Counted from the stretch's first letter, positions 1 to 11,352 are shown. The stretch is DNA of 64,000 nt from Pseudomonadota bacterium (GCA_021828105.1 JAKATG010000028.1:6335-70334); one strand, 5' to 3'. The notes: generated by a model from the letters alone, not told the origin. A program made the numbers and translations.

Positions 1-1
1 G

Positions 2-253
2 ACCAAGACCGCGGTCAAGGACAAGCTCGAGAAGCGCTTCGCCGAGCTCGACAGCCACTTCAAGAGCAACGACTTCCTTCTCGGCAAGACCTTCTCCGCG
101 GCCGACGCCTATGCCTTCACCATCATCAACTGGGTGAATTTCCTCGGCCTGAACATCAAGAGCTTCCCCAATCTGCAGGCCTTCATGGATCGGGTCGCCG
201 CCCGTCCCAAGGTCCAGGAAGCGCTCAAGGCCGAAGGTCTCATCGCCGCCTGA
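2..253 (+). CDS. Glutathione S-transferase, C-terminal part (5' end outside window)
   Basis: Open frame from base 2 to TGA 251-253, reading ...FLLGKTFSAADAYAFTIINW...FPNLQAFMDRVAARPKVQEALKAEGL, typical of a GST C-domain. Confidence 0.85.
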   Translation, partial: TKTAVKDKLEKRFAELDSHFKSNDFLLGKTFSAADAYAFTIINWVNFLGLNIKSFPNLQAFMDRVAARPKVQEALKAEGLIAA

Positions 254-270
254 CGGCAAGGAGGATTGCC

Positions 271-939
271 ATGACCAAGCTGACCCTCATCAGCCATGTT
301 CTGTGCCCCTATGTGCAGCGGGCGGTGATCGCGCTCAAGGAGAAGGGTGTCGATTTCGAAAGGATCGACATCGATCTCGGCGACAAGCCGGACTGGTTCC
401 TGAAGATTTCTCCCCTGGGCAAGGTTCCGGTGCTGAAGGTCGGCGATGACGTAATCTTCGAATCGGCGGTCATTGCCGAGTTCCTCGAGGATACGGTGTC
501 GCCGCCGCTCCATCCGGCGGATCACGTCAGGCGCGCCGATCACCGCGGCTGGATCGAATTCGCAGGCGTCGTGCTCGCCGACATCTGGGGCTTCTACACC
601 GCGCCCGACGGGCAGACCTTCGAGAAGAAGCGCCAGGAACTCGCCCAGCGCTTCGAGCGGCTGGAAGAGCGGCTGAAGGCCGATCCGTGGTTCGACGGTG
701 AAACCTTCCACCTGGTCGATGCGGCCTTCGGACCGGTCTTCCGCTATTTCGACGTCTTCGATGCGATCGATGATTTCGGCATCCTCAAGGGCAAGCCCAG
801 GATCGGGCGCTGGCGCAAGGCGCTGAAGGAGCGTCCTTCGGTCAAGACCGCGGTGGTGCGTGACTATCCGGAGCGGCTCAAGGACTTCATCGTGAAGCGC
901 AACTCCTATATGTCGGGTCTCATTGCCGAGACGGTGTGA
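271..939 (+). CDS. Glutathione S-transferase family protein
   Basis: CPYVQR, SPLGKVPVL and FESAVIAEFL motifs; GGAGG RBS. Confidence 0.93.
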   Translation: MTKLTLISHVLCPYVQRAVIALKEKGVDFERIDIDLGDKPDWFLKISPLGKVPVLKVGDDVIFESAVIAEFLEDTVSPPLHPADHVRRADHRGWIEFAGVVLADIWGFYTAPDGQTFEKKRQELAQRFERLEERLKADPWFDGETFHLVDAAFGPVFRYFDVFDAIDDFGILKGKPRIGRWRKALKERPSVKTAVVRDYPERLKDFIVKRNSYMSGLIAETV

Positions 940-979
940 AGAGAAGACGGCCGCCATGTGGCGGCCGTCCGCTTCAGAG

Positions 980-1924
980 TCACATGTAAGCGCGGACCGC
1001 CGCGCCGATCACGTTGAGGATGATGTGGCCGGCGGTGATCGAGGTGATCTCGTTCACGTCGCGGGACGGGGTGATCTCGACGAGGTCCATGCCGACGAGG
1101 CGGCCCTTGCGGGTCAGGCCCTTGATGAGCTCGATCGTCTCGGCATAGGTGACGCCGCCCGGCTGCGGGCCGTTGACCGCCGGCATGACGGAGGGATCGA
1201 GGCCGTCGGCATCGATCGAGAGATAGTAGCGTCCGCCATCCGGGATCTGGGCGAGGATCGCTTCCATCCCGCGCTTGTGCAGCTCATAGACGGTGATGAT
1301 GTTGGCGCCATATTTGCGGGCCGCCTCGACTTCCTCGGTGCGGGCACTGCCCTGGCCCCTGATGCCGATCTGGAAGATCTTGTCGATATGCTTCATCTCG
1401 GAAGCGCGCCTTATGGTGCTCGAATAGCCTTCGCGTGCCCCATTCACCTCGTCGCGCCAGTCGAGATGGGCGTCGAGATGGACGAGCGTGATCGGGCCTT
1501 CGCCATCGAGCGCGCGGAAGATCGGGATCGGGATGCCGTGGTCGCCGCCAATGGTGATGGGCAGCGCCTTGGCCTTGAGGATCTTGCGGATGGCGGTCTC
1601 GGCGAGCTTGTAGTGATTGCCGAGATTGCGCGGATCGCCCGGCACGTCGCCGACATCGACGACCTTGATGTTCTTGCCGTCGAAGACCGGGCCGCCGATG
1701 TCGAAATCCCAGCGGTCGAGATTCTGGCTGATGCGCTGCGAGGCCCGGCGCACCGCGGTCGGCGCGTTGGTCTGGTCGTTGATCGTCTCGTCCATTGCAT
1801 AGGGGTCGCCATAGGGCATGCCGATAACGGCGAAATGCGCATCGAGCTTGTCGAGGTCGCCCGCGAAGGGGAAGTTCATGAAGGTCGTGTAGACGCTGCG
1901 CGGCGCCACGGTCGGGTTGGGCAT
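980..1924 (-). CDS. Agmatinase/ureohydrolase family protein
   Basis: GGDHG, DAHLD and SIDADGLDPSVMPAV Mn-binding motifs. Confidence 0.92.
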   Translation of the reverse strand: MPNPTVAPRSVYTTFMNFPFAGDLDKLDAHFAVIGMPYGDPYAMDETINDQTNAPTAVRRASQRISQNLDRWDFDIGGPVFDGKNIKVVDVGDVPGDPRNLGNHYKLAETAIRKILKAKALPITIGGDHGIPIPIFRALDGEGPITLVHLDAHLDWRDEVNGAREGYSSTIRRASEMKHIDKIFQIGIRGQGSARTEEVEAARKYGANIITVYELHKRGMEAILAQIPDGGRYYLSIDADGLDPSVMPAVNGPQPGGVTYAETIELIKGLTRKGRLVGMDLVEITPSRDVNEITSITAGHIILNVIGAAVRAYM

Positions 1925-1946
1925 GGTTGTCTCCTTTTTTGGGTGA

Positions 1947-2633
1947 TTAACTGCTTCGGGTCGGGACGCGGGCGAGGCCCATCTGCGGCTGCAGGACTTT
2001 CTCGAGCCAGGCCGCGAATTGGGCGAGGAGGGCGTTGAGGCCCCAATAGATGAGCGCGATGAGGGTGAAGACTTCGACCGGCGCGAAGGTGCGCCCGATC
2101 ACGTCCTGCGACATGTAGGTGAGCTCGCCGACGGTGATGATCGAGAGCGCGGCCGATTCCTTGATCAGCGTGATGGTGAGATTGGTGGCGGCCGGCAGCA
2201 CATAGCCGATCACTTGCGGGAAGAGCACCTTCCAGAAGGTCTGGCCGTAAGAAAGGCCGAGCGCGCGCGCCGCCTCCCCTTGGCCGGGCGGGATGGAGAG
2301 GATGCCGCCCCTCACGATCTCGGAGAAATAGGCCGCCGCATAGGAGGAGAGCGCGATGATGCCGGCCGTCATCGGCGAAAGCCTGATGCCGGCGAAGGGC
2401 AGCGCGAAGAACAGCAGGAAGACCTGCACCAGGAAAGGGATGTTGCGGATGAGCTCGATATAGGTGAGCGCGATCGTGTTGAGGATGGGCCCGGCCCTGA
2501 GCCTGATGAGCGCGATGAGGGATCCGAGCGCGAAGCCCAAGGGCAGCGAGATGGCGCAGATGAGCACCGTCTTGGCGAGCCCCAGCGCGAAATACTGCCA
2601 GTTGTCGGTGAGGATGCTGAGATCGAAGCTCAT
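1947..2633 (-). CDS. Polar amino acid ABC transporter permease
   Basis: RNIPFLVQ, EIVRGGILSIPPGQGEAARALG (EAA loop). Confidence 0.92.
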   Translation of the reverse strand: MSFDLSILTDNWQYFALGLAKTVLICAISLPLGFALGSLIALIRLRAGPILNTIALTYIELIRNIPFLVQVFLLFFALPFAGIRLSPMTAGIIALSSYAAAYFSEIVRGGILSIPPGQGEAARALGLSYGQTFWKVLFPQVIGYVLPAATNLTITLIKESAALSIITVGELTYMSQDVIGRTFAPVEVFTLIALIYWGLNALLAQFAAWLEKVLQPQMGLARVPTRSS

Positions 2634-3289
2634 GACCTTTGCACCCGGTTGCGTTTCTCGAGCTGGCGCGCCAGCGTGCTCAGCACGAACAGCATGACGA
2701 AATAGAGCGCGGCGGCGATGATGAAGGCTTCGACCGGGCGGTAGGTGGTGTTCATGATGTTCTGCGCGGTGCGCGTCAGGTCGACCACGGTGATGACCGA
2801 CAGGAGCGTCGAAGCCTTGACCAGCAGCGTGAACTCATTGACGAGTGGCGGCAGGATGAAGCGGATGACCTGCGGCAGGATGACCTTGAACCAGGTGACG
2901 AAGCGCGGCAGGCCGAGCGCATCCGCTGCCTCATATTGTCCGTGCGACACCCGAGTCAGCCCGCCGCGGATGATCTCGGCGGCGAAGGCGCCGCTATTGA
3001 GGCTGAGCGCCAGGACGCCCGCGGTGAACGGCCTGAGATCGATGCCGGTCAAGCCCGGCAGCGCGTAATAGACGAGGAAGATTTGCACGAGGAGCGGGGT
3101 CCCACGCACGAAGCTGATATAGAGGCGGGCGAAAAAGCGCACGGGCTTCCATTTGGCTTCGCGCATGAAGAAGAGGAGGAGCCCGACCGCCAGGCCGAAG
3201 ATGGCGCCCAGCAGCGACACGAAGAGGGTTACGCCCGCTCCGAGGAGGAACTGGTCGAACTGCGCAAGGGTTTTGCCGAAATGGAGCAT
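2630..3289 (-). CDS. Polar amino acid ABC transporter permease
   Basis: RGTPLLVQ, GQYEAADALG; start taken at MLHFG. Confidence 0.9.
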   Translation of the reverse strand: MLHFGKTLAQFDQFLLGAGVTLFVSLLGAIFGLAVGLLLFFMREAKWKPVRFFARLYISFVRGTPLLVQIFLVYYALPGLTGIDLRPFTAGVLALSLNSGAFAAEIIRGGLTRVSHGQYEAADALGLPRFVTWFKVILPQVIRFILPPLVNEFTLLVKASTLLSVITVVDLTRTAQNIMNTTYRPVEAFIIAAALYFVMLFVLSTLARQLEKRNRVQRS

Positions 3290-3348
3290 CGCGGGCAGGC
3301 GAGACCCCCGCCCCGCCGGAGCGGTACGGAGTCTCAAAAGCTTGAAGT

Positions 3349-4203
3349 TCAGAATGCGCCGGCGGGCAGATAGCCCTCCTTGGGCGTCTGCATCTCGAAG
3401 CCGAACCACTTCATCTGCAGCTCCTTGAGCTTGCCGGCGTCATTGAGCTCATCGATCTTCGCGTTGATATAGTCGCGCACATCGAGATTGTCGGGCCGGG
3501 TCACCCAGGACAGATAGGAGCTGTCGCCGATTTTCGCCGCCACCTGATAGGTGTCGGGCACGTTCTTCATCAGCACCGCGGCGGAAGGCGAGGCGATGAC
3601 GATGGCATCGACCTGGCTCGAGGCGAGCGCCAAATGGGTTTCGGGGAAAGCGGTGAACAGCTTCAATTCGGCATAACCGCCGCCCTTCGCCTTGAGCTCG
3701 GCATTGTGCTTGTCGAGGATGGGCTGCACCGAGGAGGCGAGCTGGGTTGCGACCACGAGGCCGTTGAGGTCGTCCGGGCTCTTCACCCGGTCGTCGCCCT
3801 TGCGCACCACGATGACATTGTCGAAGGAACCGGTCGGGCGCGTATAGGCGTATTTCTTGGCGCGCTCCTCGTTGATGCCGACCGAGGTCGCGACGAAATC
3901 GAATTTTTTGGCGAGGAGGCCCGGCAGGATGCCCTGGAAGGGCAGGTTGAGCTGCTCCATCTGCACGCCCAGCCCTTCGACGACGACGCTCAATATATCC
4001 ATATTGTAGCCGACGATCTTGCCGTCGACGACATATTCGAAGGGTTCGAACGCGGCCTCCGTCGCCACCACCACCTTGCCGCGCGATTTGATGTCATCAA
4101 GAAGGCCCGCCGCGATGGCGCGCCCGGCACTGAGCGTGAGGAGGGCGGCGGCACTGCCGATAGCGAAATTGCGGCGCGTCAGCGCCGTCGTGATCTTGGA
4201 CAT
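3349..4203 (-). CDS. Polar amino acid ABC substrate-binding protein (family 3), possible Tat signal
   Basis: TRRNF signal; FEPFEY, ILPGLLAKKFD, C-terminal KWFG; start taken at MSKIT. Confidence 0.9.
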   Translation of the reverse strand: MSKITTALTRRNFAIGSAAALLTLSAGRAIAAGLLDDIKSRGKVVVATEAAFEPFEYVVDGKIVGYNMDILSVVVEGLGVQMEQLNLPFQGILPGLLAKKFDFVATSVGINEERAKKYAYTRPTGSFDNVIVVRKGDDRVKSPDDLNGLVVATQLASSVQPILDKHNAELKAKGGGYAELKLFTAFPETHLALASSQVDAIVIASPSAAVLMKNVPDTYQVAAKIGDSSYLSWVTRPDNLDVRDYINAKIDELNDAGKLKELQMKWFGFEMQTPKEGYLPAGAF

Positions 4204-4252
4204 TTTCGAACTCCCTGTTTGTTTTATGAGAGGCACGTCAAATCGCGGGCTG

Positions 4253-4717
4253 TCAGACCTCCGTCCGCCGTCCGTGATGCTTGTAGACACGTCCGATGAT
4301 GAAGCTTTCGGTGTTCTTGATTCCTTCGACGGGGCGCAGCTCGTCCATGAGGAATTTGAACAAGTGATCCGTCGAGGGCGCTCTGATCTCGGCGATGAGG
4401 TGATAGGGCGCGGTCATTCCGTAGACGCTTTCGACGAACTCGTAGGCCGCGAGGCGGCGCGCCACGTCATCGACGTGCAATCTTTCGATGATGAAGCCGA
4501 CAATGGCAGTGACGCCTGATCCCCGCATCGGATCGCTGACGAGCTGCACATGGATCGACTTGTCGCTGAGCAGGTGCTGCAGCTTCCGGCGAACAGTGGC
4601 CTCGGCCACGCCGATCTCATTCGCCATCTGGACCGTGGACATCCGGCCATCGATCTGCAGGCGCTGGGCGATGCCGCGCTCGGTCTCGTCGAAATCGTCG
4701 AAGGTGGCGGAAAACAT
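4253..4717 (-). CDS. Lrp/AsnC family transcriptional regulator
   Basis: LQIDGRMSTVQMANEIGVAEATVRRKL HTH followed by an AsnC-type C-domain. Confidence 0.88.
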   Translation of the reverse strand: MFSATFDDFDETERGIAQRLQIDGRMSTVQMANEIGVAEATVRRKLQHLLSDKSIHVQLVSDPMRGSGVTAIVGFIIERLHVDDVARRLAAYEFVESVYGMTAPYHLIAEIRAPSTDHLFKFLMDELRPVEGIKNTESFIIGRVYKHHGRRTEV

Positions 4718-4833
4718 AATTTATATCGCCAGTTTTGGACGGATATGAACAAGAATTAGTGATTTATCATCGGAAAACATAAAAGTCTAGCCTGCTGTTG
4801 ACAGCCTGCCGGCCTCAGCGCAAGGACGTGAGC

Positions 4834-5928
4834 ATGAAAGTCGATGGCAAGCCCTACCGGACGATCTGGCTCAATCCCGACGGCTGGTCGGTGGAGATCA
4901 TCGATCAGACGAAATTCCCGCATCGTTTCGAGACGGTGACGCTGCGCTCGAGCGAGGATGCCGCCCACGCCATCAAGGACATGCTGGTCCGGGGCGCGCC
5001 GCTCATCGGCGCCACCGCCGCCTATGGCATGGCGCTTCAGGCACGCGTCGATCCTTCCGACGAGGCGCTGTCGAAGGCCTATGAGCGCCTGCATGCGACG
5101 CGGCCGACTGCCATCAATCTCAAATGGGCGCTCGATGAGATGATCAAGGCGTTGCGGAACTTTCCGCCCGGCGAAAGGACAGCGCGGGCCTACAAGCGCG
5201 CCGCCGAGATCTGCGAGGAGGATGTCGCGATCAACCAGGCGATCGGCCGCCACGGCCTCGCTTTGATCAAGGAGATCGCCGCTAGGAAGAAGCCGGGCGA
5301 GCCTGTCAATGTGCTGACCCATTGCAATGCCGGCTGGCTCGCCACTGTCGACTGGGGCACCGCGACCGCGCCCATTTATATGGCGCATGACGGCGGCATC
5401 CCCATCCATGTCTGGGTGGACGAGACGCGCCCGCGCAACCAGGGCGCCTCGCTCACCGCCTGGGAACTCGGCCATCACGGCGTCAGGCACACGGTGATCC
5501 CCGACAATACCGGCGGCCATCTGATGCAGCACGGGCTTGTCGATCTGTGCATCGTCGGCACCGACCGCACCACCGCAGCGGGTGATGTGTGCAACAAGAT
5601 CGGCACCTATCTCAAGGCGCTCGCCGCCCGTGACAACGACGTGCCCTTCTATGTGGCGCTGCCGTCGCCCACCATCGACTTCACCATCGATGACGGTCTG
5701 AAGCAGATCCCGATCGAGCAGCGTTCGGGAGATGAGGTGACGAAGCTCACCGGCGTCACCAAGGACGGGCGCATCGAGACGGTCGAGATCGTGGCGCCGG
5801 GATCGCCGGTGGCGAATTACGCTTTCGACGTCACGCCGGCGAAATATGTCACCGGCCTCATCACCGAGCGTGGTGTCGTAAGGGCAGATAAGGCCGCCAT
5901 CGCAGCAGCCTTTCCGGATCGCGCTTAA
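4834..5928 (+). CDS. mtnA: S-methyl-5-thioribose-1-phosphate isomerase
   Basis: [42 protein letters not shown]. Confidence 0.96.
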   Translation: MKVDGKPYRTIWLNPDGWSVEIIDQTKFPHRFETVTLRSSEDAAHAIKDMLVRGAPLIGATAAYGMALQARVDPSDEALSKAYERLHATRPTAINLKWALDEMIKALRNFPPGERTARAYKRAAEICEEDVAINQAIGRHGLALIKEIAARKKPGEPVNVLTHCNAGWLATVDWGTATAPIYMAHDGGIPIHVWVDETRPRNQGASLTAWELGHHGVRHTVIPDNTGGHLMQHGLVDLCIVGTDRTTAAGDVCNKIGTYLKALAARDNDVPFYVALPSPTIDFTIDDGLKQIPIEQRSGDEVTKLTGVTKDGRIETVEIVAPGSPVANYAFDVTPAKYVTGLITERGVVRADKAAIAAAFPDRA

Positions 5929-6091
5929 ATACCATCAATCTGCGACGAACGACTAATCCGTTCCTGGGTTGCCAGCCGGTGCGGGCAGGCTCATATTTTC
6001 GGCTCGCTACGAAAAGGCGCGCGTGTCATCCACCTGCCAAATGACACGCCAATAAGAAACCGATCACTACAGTGAGATGGGAGCGAAATTC

Positions 6092-7402
6092 ATGAAACGA
6101 CGTTCTGTACTTGCCGTCGCCGCATTGGCCCTGACCCTTGGCGCGACCGCGCCGGCCTTTGCCAAGACTCAGGTCACCTGGTGGCATGCCATGACCGGCG
6201 CCAATAACGAGGTGGTGGAGAAGATCGCCAAGGACTTCAATGCCAGCCAGCAGGATTACGAGCTCGTTCCCGTCTTCAAGGGCACTTATCCGGAAACGCT
6301 CAATGCCGGCATTGCCGCTTTCCGCGCCGGCCAGCCGCCCGACATCATCCAGGTCTTCGATGTCGGCACCGGCGTGATGATGAATGCCGAGGGTGCCATC
6401 AAGCCCGCGGCCGAAGTGCTTACCGAAGCCGGCATGGCTTTCGACAAGAGCCAGTATCTGCCGGGCATCGTGGCTTACTATTCGCGCCCCGACGGCACGA
6501 TGCTGTCCTTCCCTTATAATTCGTCATCGCCGATCCTCTATTTCAACAAGGACATCTTCCAGAAGGCGGGGCTCGACGCCGCCAATCCGCCCAAGACCTG
6601 GAACGAGGTCTGGGACGCGGCCAAGAAGATCAAGGCGAGCGCTGCAGCGCCTTGCGGCTATACCTCGACCTGGCTCACCTGGATCCATCTCGAGAATTTC
6701 GCCGCCTGGAACAACACGCCCTATGCCACCAAGGAGAACGGCCTCGCCGGCCAGGATGCCGAGTTGCAGATCGCAACACCGCTCTTCGTCAATCACTTCC
6801 AGGCTTTGGCCGATCTCGCCAAGGATGGCACCTTCAAATATGGCGGGCGAACGTCCGAAGCGAAGCAGATCTTCCTCGCCGGCGAATGCGGGATCTTCAC
6901 CGAATCCTCCGGCGGCCTCGGCGACATCGTCAAATCCGGCATGAATTACGGTATCGGTCAGTTGCCTTACGATTCCGATGCCGCCGGTGCGCCGCAGAAT
7001 ACGATCCCGGGTGGGGCGAGCCTCTGGGTCTTCGGCGGCAAGTCGGCGGAGCAATATAAGGGCGTTGCCGCCTTCTTCGGCTATCTGTCGCAGACCGATG
7101 TGCAGACCTATCTGCACCAGAAGTCGGGCTATCTGCCGGTGACGCTCAAGGCCTATGAAGAGACGAAGAAGTCGGGCTTCTATGAGAAGAACCCGGGGCG
7201 CGAGACGCCGATCACCCAGATGATGGGCAAGGAGCCGACCGCCAATTCGAAAGGCGTGCGCCTCATCAACCTGCCGCAGGTGCGTGACATCGAGAACGAG
7301 GAGTTCGAGAAGATGCTGGCGGGCGAGCAGACCGCGCAACAGGCGCTCGACAATGCCGTCAAGCGCGGCAATGAGGCGATCAAGCAGGCGCTCGGCAATT
7401 AA
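6092..7402 (+). CDS. ugpB: sn-glycerol-3-phosphate ABC substrate-binding protein
   Basis: [24 protein letters not shown]; first gene of ugp-type operon. Confidence 0.9.
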   Translation: MKRRSVLAVAALALTLGATAPAFAKTQVTWWHAMTGANNEVVEKIAKDFNASQQDYELVPVFKGTYPETLNAGIAAFRAGQPPDIIQVFDVGTGVMMNAEGAIKPAAEVLTEAGMAFDKSQYLPGIVAYYSRPDGTMLSFPYNSSSPILYFNKDIFQKAGLDAANPPKTWNEVWDAAKKIKASAAAPCGYTSTWLTWIHLENFAAWNNTPYATKENGLAGQDAELQIATPLFVNHFQALADLAKDGTFKYGGRTSEAKQIFLAGECGIFTESSGGLGDIVKSGMNYGIGQLPYDSDAAGAPQNTIPGGASLWVFGGKSAEQYKGVAAFFGYLSQTDVQTYLHQKSGYLPVTLKAYEETKKSGFYEKNPGRETPITQMMGKEPTANSKGVRLINLPQVRDIENEEFEKMLAGEQTAQQALDNAVKRGNEAIKQALGN

Positions 7403-7452
7403 TTGAAGGTCAGGGCCGTCCCGCTCACGCGCAGGGCAGCCCGTCTTCATTC

Positions 7453-8334
7453 ATGATCCGGGCGACCTTTCCGCACAAGCTGCTTCCCTATCTGCTGCTG
7501 GCGCCGCAGCTCGCGATCACGCTGGTGTTCTTCTACTGGCCGGCGGGCCAGGCGCTCAAGCAATCGATGCTGCGCGAGGATGCTTTCGGGCTCAAGACTG
7601 AGTTTGTCGGACTGTCCAATTTCAAGCGCGTCCTTGCCGATCCAGCTTATCTCAATTCGATCGGCGTGACCGTGATCTTCTCGGTCGCGACCGCGCTCAT
7701 CTCGATGGCGGTGGCGCTTCTCCTCGCCGTCAAGGCGGAAAAGATCGTGCGCGGCAAGACCTTCTACCGCACACTCATGATCTGGCCCTATGCCATCGCA
7801 CCCGCGATCGCCGGCATGATCTGGCTTTTCCTGTTCAACCCGTCCTTCGGCACGCTGGCCTGGCCGCTGCGCATGTTGGGGATCAGCTGGGACCCGCTGC
7901 TCAACGGTCCGCAGGCCATGGCCATGATCGTGATGGCGGCATCCTGGAAGCAGATCAGCTACAATTTCCTGTTCTTTGTCGCAGGGTTGCAGGCGATCCC
8001 TCGGACGCTGATCGAGGCCGCGGCCATCGATGGCGCAACGGAGCAAAAGCGCTTCTGGACCATCATCTTCCCGCTCTTGGCACCGACTACCTTCTTCCTG
8101 CTCGTCGTCAACACCGTCTATGCGCTCTTTGACACTTTCGGCATCATCCATGCGGTGACCGGCGGCGGACCCGGCAAGGCCACGGAGACGCTGGTCTACA
8201 AGGTCTACAATGACGGCTTCGTCAATCTGATCCTGGGAAGTTCCGCCGCCCAGTCCGTCATCTTGATGGCGATCGTGATCGCGCTCACCGCGATCCAGTT
8301 CCGCTACATCGAAAGGCGGGTGCATTATGGGTAG
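7453..8334 (+). CDS. ugpA: Glycerol-3-phosphate ABC permease
   Basis: [22 protein letters not shown]-terminal [11 protein letters not shown]. Confidence 0.92.
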   Translation: MIRATFPHKLLPYLLLAPQLAITLVFFYWPAGQALKQSMLREDAFGLKTEFVGLSNFKRVLADPAYLNSIGVTVIFSVATALISMAVALLLAVKAEKIVRGKTFYRTLMIWPYAIAPAIAGMIWLFLFNPSFGTLAWPLRMLGISWDPLLNGPQAMAMIVMAASWKQISYNFLFFVAGLQAIPRTLIEAAAIDGATEQKRFWTIIFPLLAPTTFFLLVVNTVYALFDTFGIIHAVTGGGPGKATETLVYKVYNDGFVNLILGSSAAQSVILMAIVIALTAIQFRYIERRVHYG

Positions 8335-8342
8335 GTCTTTGA

Positions 8343-8495
8343 CCCTCGCCCCGCAAGCGAAGCGCAGCGGGGAGAGGGAAGGGGCCCGACGCGAAGCGTC
8401 GGGAAGGGTGAGGGGCCACTGGCTGACAAGTGCCCCTCACCCTCCCATTGCTTCGCAATGGGGCCCTCCCTCTCCCCGCTCGCGCGGGGCGAGGG
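8343..8495. repeat. Composite palindromic REP/RIME-like element, copy 1
   Basis: Nested inverted repeats CCCTCGCCCCGC...GCGGGGAGAGGG, GGGTGAGGGGC...GCCCCTCACCC; near-identical arms at 51273-51555. Confidence 0.9.
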
Positions 8496-8511
8496 CAAAA
8501 AGGATGTCGCC

Positions 8512-9357
8512 ATGATCGCCTCGTTGCGCAGCCGCCTCGTCGCGCATTTGTGGCTGATCCTCGGCTTGATCGTTGTGGCATTTCCGATCTATTACGTCTT
8601 TGTCGCCTCGACGCATCCGCTCGAGACCATCTTGCGGCCGCCTTTGCCGCTTCTGCCCGGCGACCGGTTCGTCGCCAATTACGGCGAGGCTCTGTTCGGC
8701 GGCGTCGGCCGCATCGGCGGTGTCGGCGTCGGCACGCTGCTCCTCAACACCACCATCGTGGCGCTCGGCATCGCCATCGGCAAAATCGTCATCTCCATCA
8801 TGTCGTCCTATGCCATCGTGTTCTTCCGCTTTCCGCTGCGCATGGCGTTCTTCTGGATCATCTTCATCACCCTGATGCTGCCGGTCGAGGTCCGGATCCT
8901 CCCCACCTACAAGGTGATGGTCGACCTCCATCTCATCGACACCTATGCCGGGCTCATCGTGCCGCTCATCGCGTCGGCGACCGCGACCTTGCTGTTCCGG
9001 CAGTTCTTCATGACCATTCCCAATGAGCTCCTGGAGGCGGCGCGCATCGACGGCGCCGGGCCCTGGCGCTTCTTCAAGGATATCCTGCTGCCGCTGTCGG
9101 CCACCAACATTGCGGCCCTCTTCGTCATTCTCTTCATCTATGGCTGGACGCAATATCTCTGGCCGCTGCTGATGACCAATTCCAACTCCATGAACACCAT
9201 CGTCATTGCGCTGCGCAAGATGATCTCCTTCGCCGATGCCGACACGCAATGGCATCTGGTGATGGTCACCTGCATCCTGGCGATCCTGCCCCCTATCCTG
9301 GTGGTGGTGTTGATGCAGCGCTGGTTCGTCAAGGGCCTGGTCGAGAGCGAGAAGTAG
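8512..9357 (+). CDS. ugpE: Glycerol-3-phosphate ABC permease
   Basis: LMLPVEVRILPTY, EAARIDGAGP, C-terminal MQRWFVKGLVESEK; start taken after the repeat. Confidence 0.92.
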   Translation: MIASLRSRLVAHLWLILGLIVVAFPIYYVFVASTHPLETILRPPLPLLPGDRFVANYGEALFGGVGRIGGVGVGTLLLNTTIVALGIAIGKIVISIMSSYAIVFFRFPLRMAFFWIIFITLMLPVEVRILPTYKVMVDLHLIDTYAGLIVPLIASATATLLFRQFFMTIPNELLEAARIDGAGPWRFFKDILLPLSATNIAALFVILFIYGWTQYLWPLLMTNSNSMNTIVIALRKMISFADADTQWHLVMVTCILAILPPILVVVLMQRWFVKGLVESEK

Positions 9358-9360
9358 AGC

Positions 9361-10437
9361 ATGGCCACGATCGCATTGAAGGACGTGAGGAAGAGCTACG
9401 GCAAGAGCCCGGTCATCCACGGCATTTCGCTCGCCATTGCCGACGGCGAATTCATCGTCATCGTCGGTCCGTCGGGCTGCGGTAAGTCCACGCTCTTGCG
9501 CATGGTGGCGGGCCTCGAGGAGATCACTGAAGGCACGATCGAGATCGCCGGGCGCGTCGTCAACAAGCTCGAGCCGCGCGAGCGCGATATCGCCATGGTG
9601 TTCCAGAACTACGCGCTCTATCCGCATATGAGCGTCTTCGACAACATGGCCTACGGGCTCAAGATCGCCGGCAAGAGCAAGGCCGAGATCGCCGAGCGGG
9701 TCGGCAAAGCGGCGAGCATGCTGGAGCTCAGCAGCTTCCTCGACCGCAAGCCCCGGGCCCTGTCGGGCGGCCAAAGGCAGCGCGTCGCCATGGGGCGCGC
9801 TTTGGTGCGAGATCCGGCGGCCTTCCTGTTCGACGAGCCACTGTCCAATCTCGATGCCAAATTGCGCGTGCAGATGCGCCTCGAGATCAAGGCCCTGCAG
9901 CGTGCCGTCGGCACGACCTCGCTCTATGTCACCCATGACCAGGTCGAGGCCATGACACTGGCCGACCGCCTCGTCGTCATGAATGCCGGCATTGCCGAGC
10001 AGATCGATACGCCGATGAATGTCTATCTTAGGCCTGCCAGCGTCTTCGTCGCCGGTTTCATCGGCTCGCCGCCCATGAATATCCTCAAGGCTGAGGCCGG
10101 CGAGGACGGTGGAAGCGTCACGATCGAAGGGGCGAGGATCGATCTCGGTCACAGGGAGCTGCCGGCCGGCAGGCCGGTATTGTTCGGCATCCGGCCCGAG
10201 CATGTCGCGGTCAGCCGTGAGGACCAGGCCGATCTGGTGCTGACCGTGGCCGCCGTCGAGACATTGGGCGCCGATGCGCTGGCGCATTGCCGGATCGCCG
10301 GCACCGAAAAGAGGGGTGACTTCGTCGTCAGGCTTCCGGGCACGGCCGCCATTCGCGTCGGCGAGCGCCTGCCGGTCATGCTCGATCGCAAGGCCCTGCA
10401 TCTCTTCGATACGGAGAGTCAGCGGCGCATCGACTAG
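9361..10437 (+). CDS. ugpC: Glycerol-3-phosphate ABC ATP-binding protein
   Basis: [34 protein letters not shown]. Confidence 0.92.
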   Translation: MATIALKDVRKSYGKSPVIHGISLAIADGEFIVIVGPSGCGKSTLLRMVAGLEEITEGTIEIAGRVVNKLEPRERDIAMVFQNYALYPHMSVFDNMAYGLKIAGKSKAEIAERVGKAASMLELSSFLDRKPRALSGGQRQRVAMGRALVRDPAAFLFDEPLSNLDAKLRVQMRLEIKALQRAVGTTSLYVTHDQVEAMTLADRLVVMNAGIAEQIDTPMNVYLRPASVFVAGFIGSPPMNILKAEAGEDGGSVTIEGARIDLGHRELPAGRPVLFGIRPEHVAVSREDQADLVLTVAAVETLGADALAHCRIAGTEKRGDFVVRLPGTAAIRVGERLPVMLDRKALHLFDTESQRRID

Positions 10438-10440
10438 AAT

Positions 10441-11352
10441 TCAGCCGGCGGCCTCGATCGCGACGGCCTTGCGGTTGCGCCAGGCCTCCGACACCGCGAC
10501 CGCGCCGATGACCATCGCGCTGCCGAGGAGGCGCGGCAGGCTCAGCTCCTCGCCGAGCAGCAGGGCGGCCAGGAACATCACGAAGACCGGCTCGAGATTG
10601 AGCAGCATCGCGGTCGGCGCCCCGCCGGCCCATTGCACCGCCTTGAACATGCCGATGAAGGAGACGGTGAAGAAGAAGCATGTCACCAGGAGCGGCAGCC
10701 AGCCGCTGAAGCCCGCTTGCGTCACGGCGAAGGTTCCCGTGGCAAGGAGAAAGAGGGCAGTGGTCGCGACGCCGGATATCGCCATGTAGTAGGAGACGAC
10801 GGTGCCGTCGGCGTTTCTGAGCTTGATGCTGTTCCAGAAGATCGAGGCGCCATAGCCCAGGGCCGAAATGGCGCCGAACAGCAGCCCGAGCGAGGAGAGT
10901 GTCACCTCATTGAGACCGATGACGATGCTGATGCCGGCGAGCGCCACGATGAGGCAGAGGAACTCGACCAGGCTCGGAAGCCGTCGCGCATGAGCGCTTT
11001 CGAAAAGGGCGGTGAGGATGGGGAAAGTATAGAGGATGATGAGGGCGAGGCTTACCGGGATATAGGCGAAGGCGCCGAGGAGGCCCAGTGTCGCTATCCC
11101 TGCGGCTATGCCTGAGCCCAGGGCATGGAGCGCATGGTCTCTGGGCAGCCGGTAGCTCAAGCCGACCAGCGGCAGCAGCGCCGCGAGGCTCACCAACAGG
11201 AAGACAAAACGGAAGAAGACGACGGTTGGGGCGCTGAAACCCTGTCCATAGGCGAAGGGCACGGCGACATCATTGATGGCGAGCGTCAAGGCGGAAGCGG
11301 CCGCAATGATGATGCCGATGCGCGACCGTCGCGCCTGATCTTCGCTGGTCAT
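10441..11352 (-). CDS. DMT/EamA family transporter
   Basis: About 10 hydrophobic segments; LNLEPVF...LLGEELS motif. Confidence 0.85.
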   Translation of the reverse strand: MTSEDQARRSRIGIIIAAASALTLAINDVAVPFAYGQGFSAPTVVFFRFVFLLVSLAALLPLVGLSYRLPRDHALHALGSGIAAGIATLGLLGAFAYIPVSLALIILYTFPILTALFESAHARRLPSLVEFLCLIVALAGISIVIGLNEVTLSSLGLLFGAISALGYGASIFWNSIKLRNADGTVVSYYMAISGVATTALFLLATGTFAVTQAGFSGWLPLLVTCFFFTVSFIGMFKAVQWAGGAPTAMLLNLEPVFVMFLAALLLGEELSLPRLLGSAMVIGAVAVSEAWRNRKAVAIEAAG

